From Raja brachyura (taxonomy: Eukaryota): 64,000 nucleotides of DNA. The notes under the pieces are model-generated. The model was not told the DNA's origin and did not search any database. It saw only the letters and a program-made list of their open reading frames with translations. The position numbers and the translations under genes were made by a program. The DNA lies in the NCBI GenBank assembly GCA_963514005.1, contig OY740806.1, positions 24,056,001-24,120,000 on the forward strand, given 5' to 3'. This document shows positions 63,781 to 64,000 of the stretch, piece by piece. Position 1 is the first letter of the stretch. Each line of letters starts with the position of its first letter.

Positions 63781-64000
63781 CAATAATACTTTATTAGCCA
63801 AGTATGTTTTGCATCATACGAGAAATTTCACTTGCCAAGTCAGTCATGCAAGTAAAAAGCATTGGGACAAACACATTTTAACATAAACATCCATCACAGT
63901 AACTCCACAGAGACTGCAGGCTCCCAATGTAAAGTCCCAGGCAAGGGATCGACTCCAATGTAAGTCCATGCCCCACGGTGAGGCCCAAGGTCAGGCCAAG

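Overview
Eukaryotic (vertebrate) genomic DNA. The repeat content (HE1-type tRNA SINEs, CR1/HER1-type LINEs, Penelope termini) points to a cartilaginous fish, probably a skate or ray; this is inference. Two spliced genes lie on the + strand in the conserved vertebrate order. The first is the last three coding exons of HOATZ/C11orf88 (17569-26883); its 5' exons were not found. The second is a complete 7-exon layilin gene (LAYN; CDS 40584-61781, 1119 nt, 372 aa: signal peptide, C-type lectin domain, S/T/P stalk, TM helix, cytoplasmic ESG(F/W)V motifs). Most remaining sequence is transposable-element debris (L1, L2, CR1, Rex1/Babar, Penelope, SINEs, Helitrons, Tc1, MITEs), with one 304-nt assembly gap. 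Three signals stand out. (1) An apparently perfect 661-bp inverted duplication in LAYN intron 1, with a templated-insertion-like junction attached to a SINE. (2) A dispersed family of short Penelope-derived elements carrying minimal hammerhead-ribozyme cores (CUGA[A/U]GA...GAAAC-GUC), often arranged back-to-back as fold-back units. (3) Candidate regulatory features: uORFs overlapping the LAYN start, a dense C/EBP/E-box/AP-1 cluster, and a LINE tail abutting a splice donor. Repeat boundaries are approximate unless stated otherwise; all family names come from recognition, not database searches.
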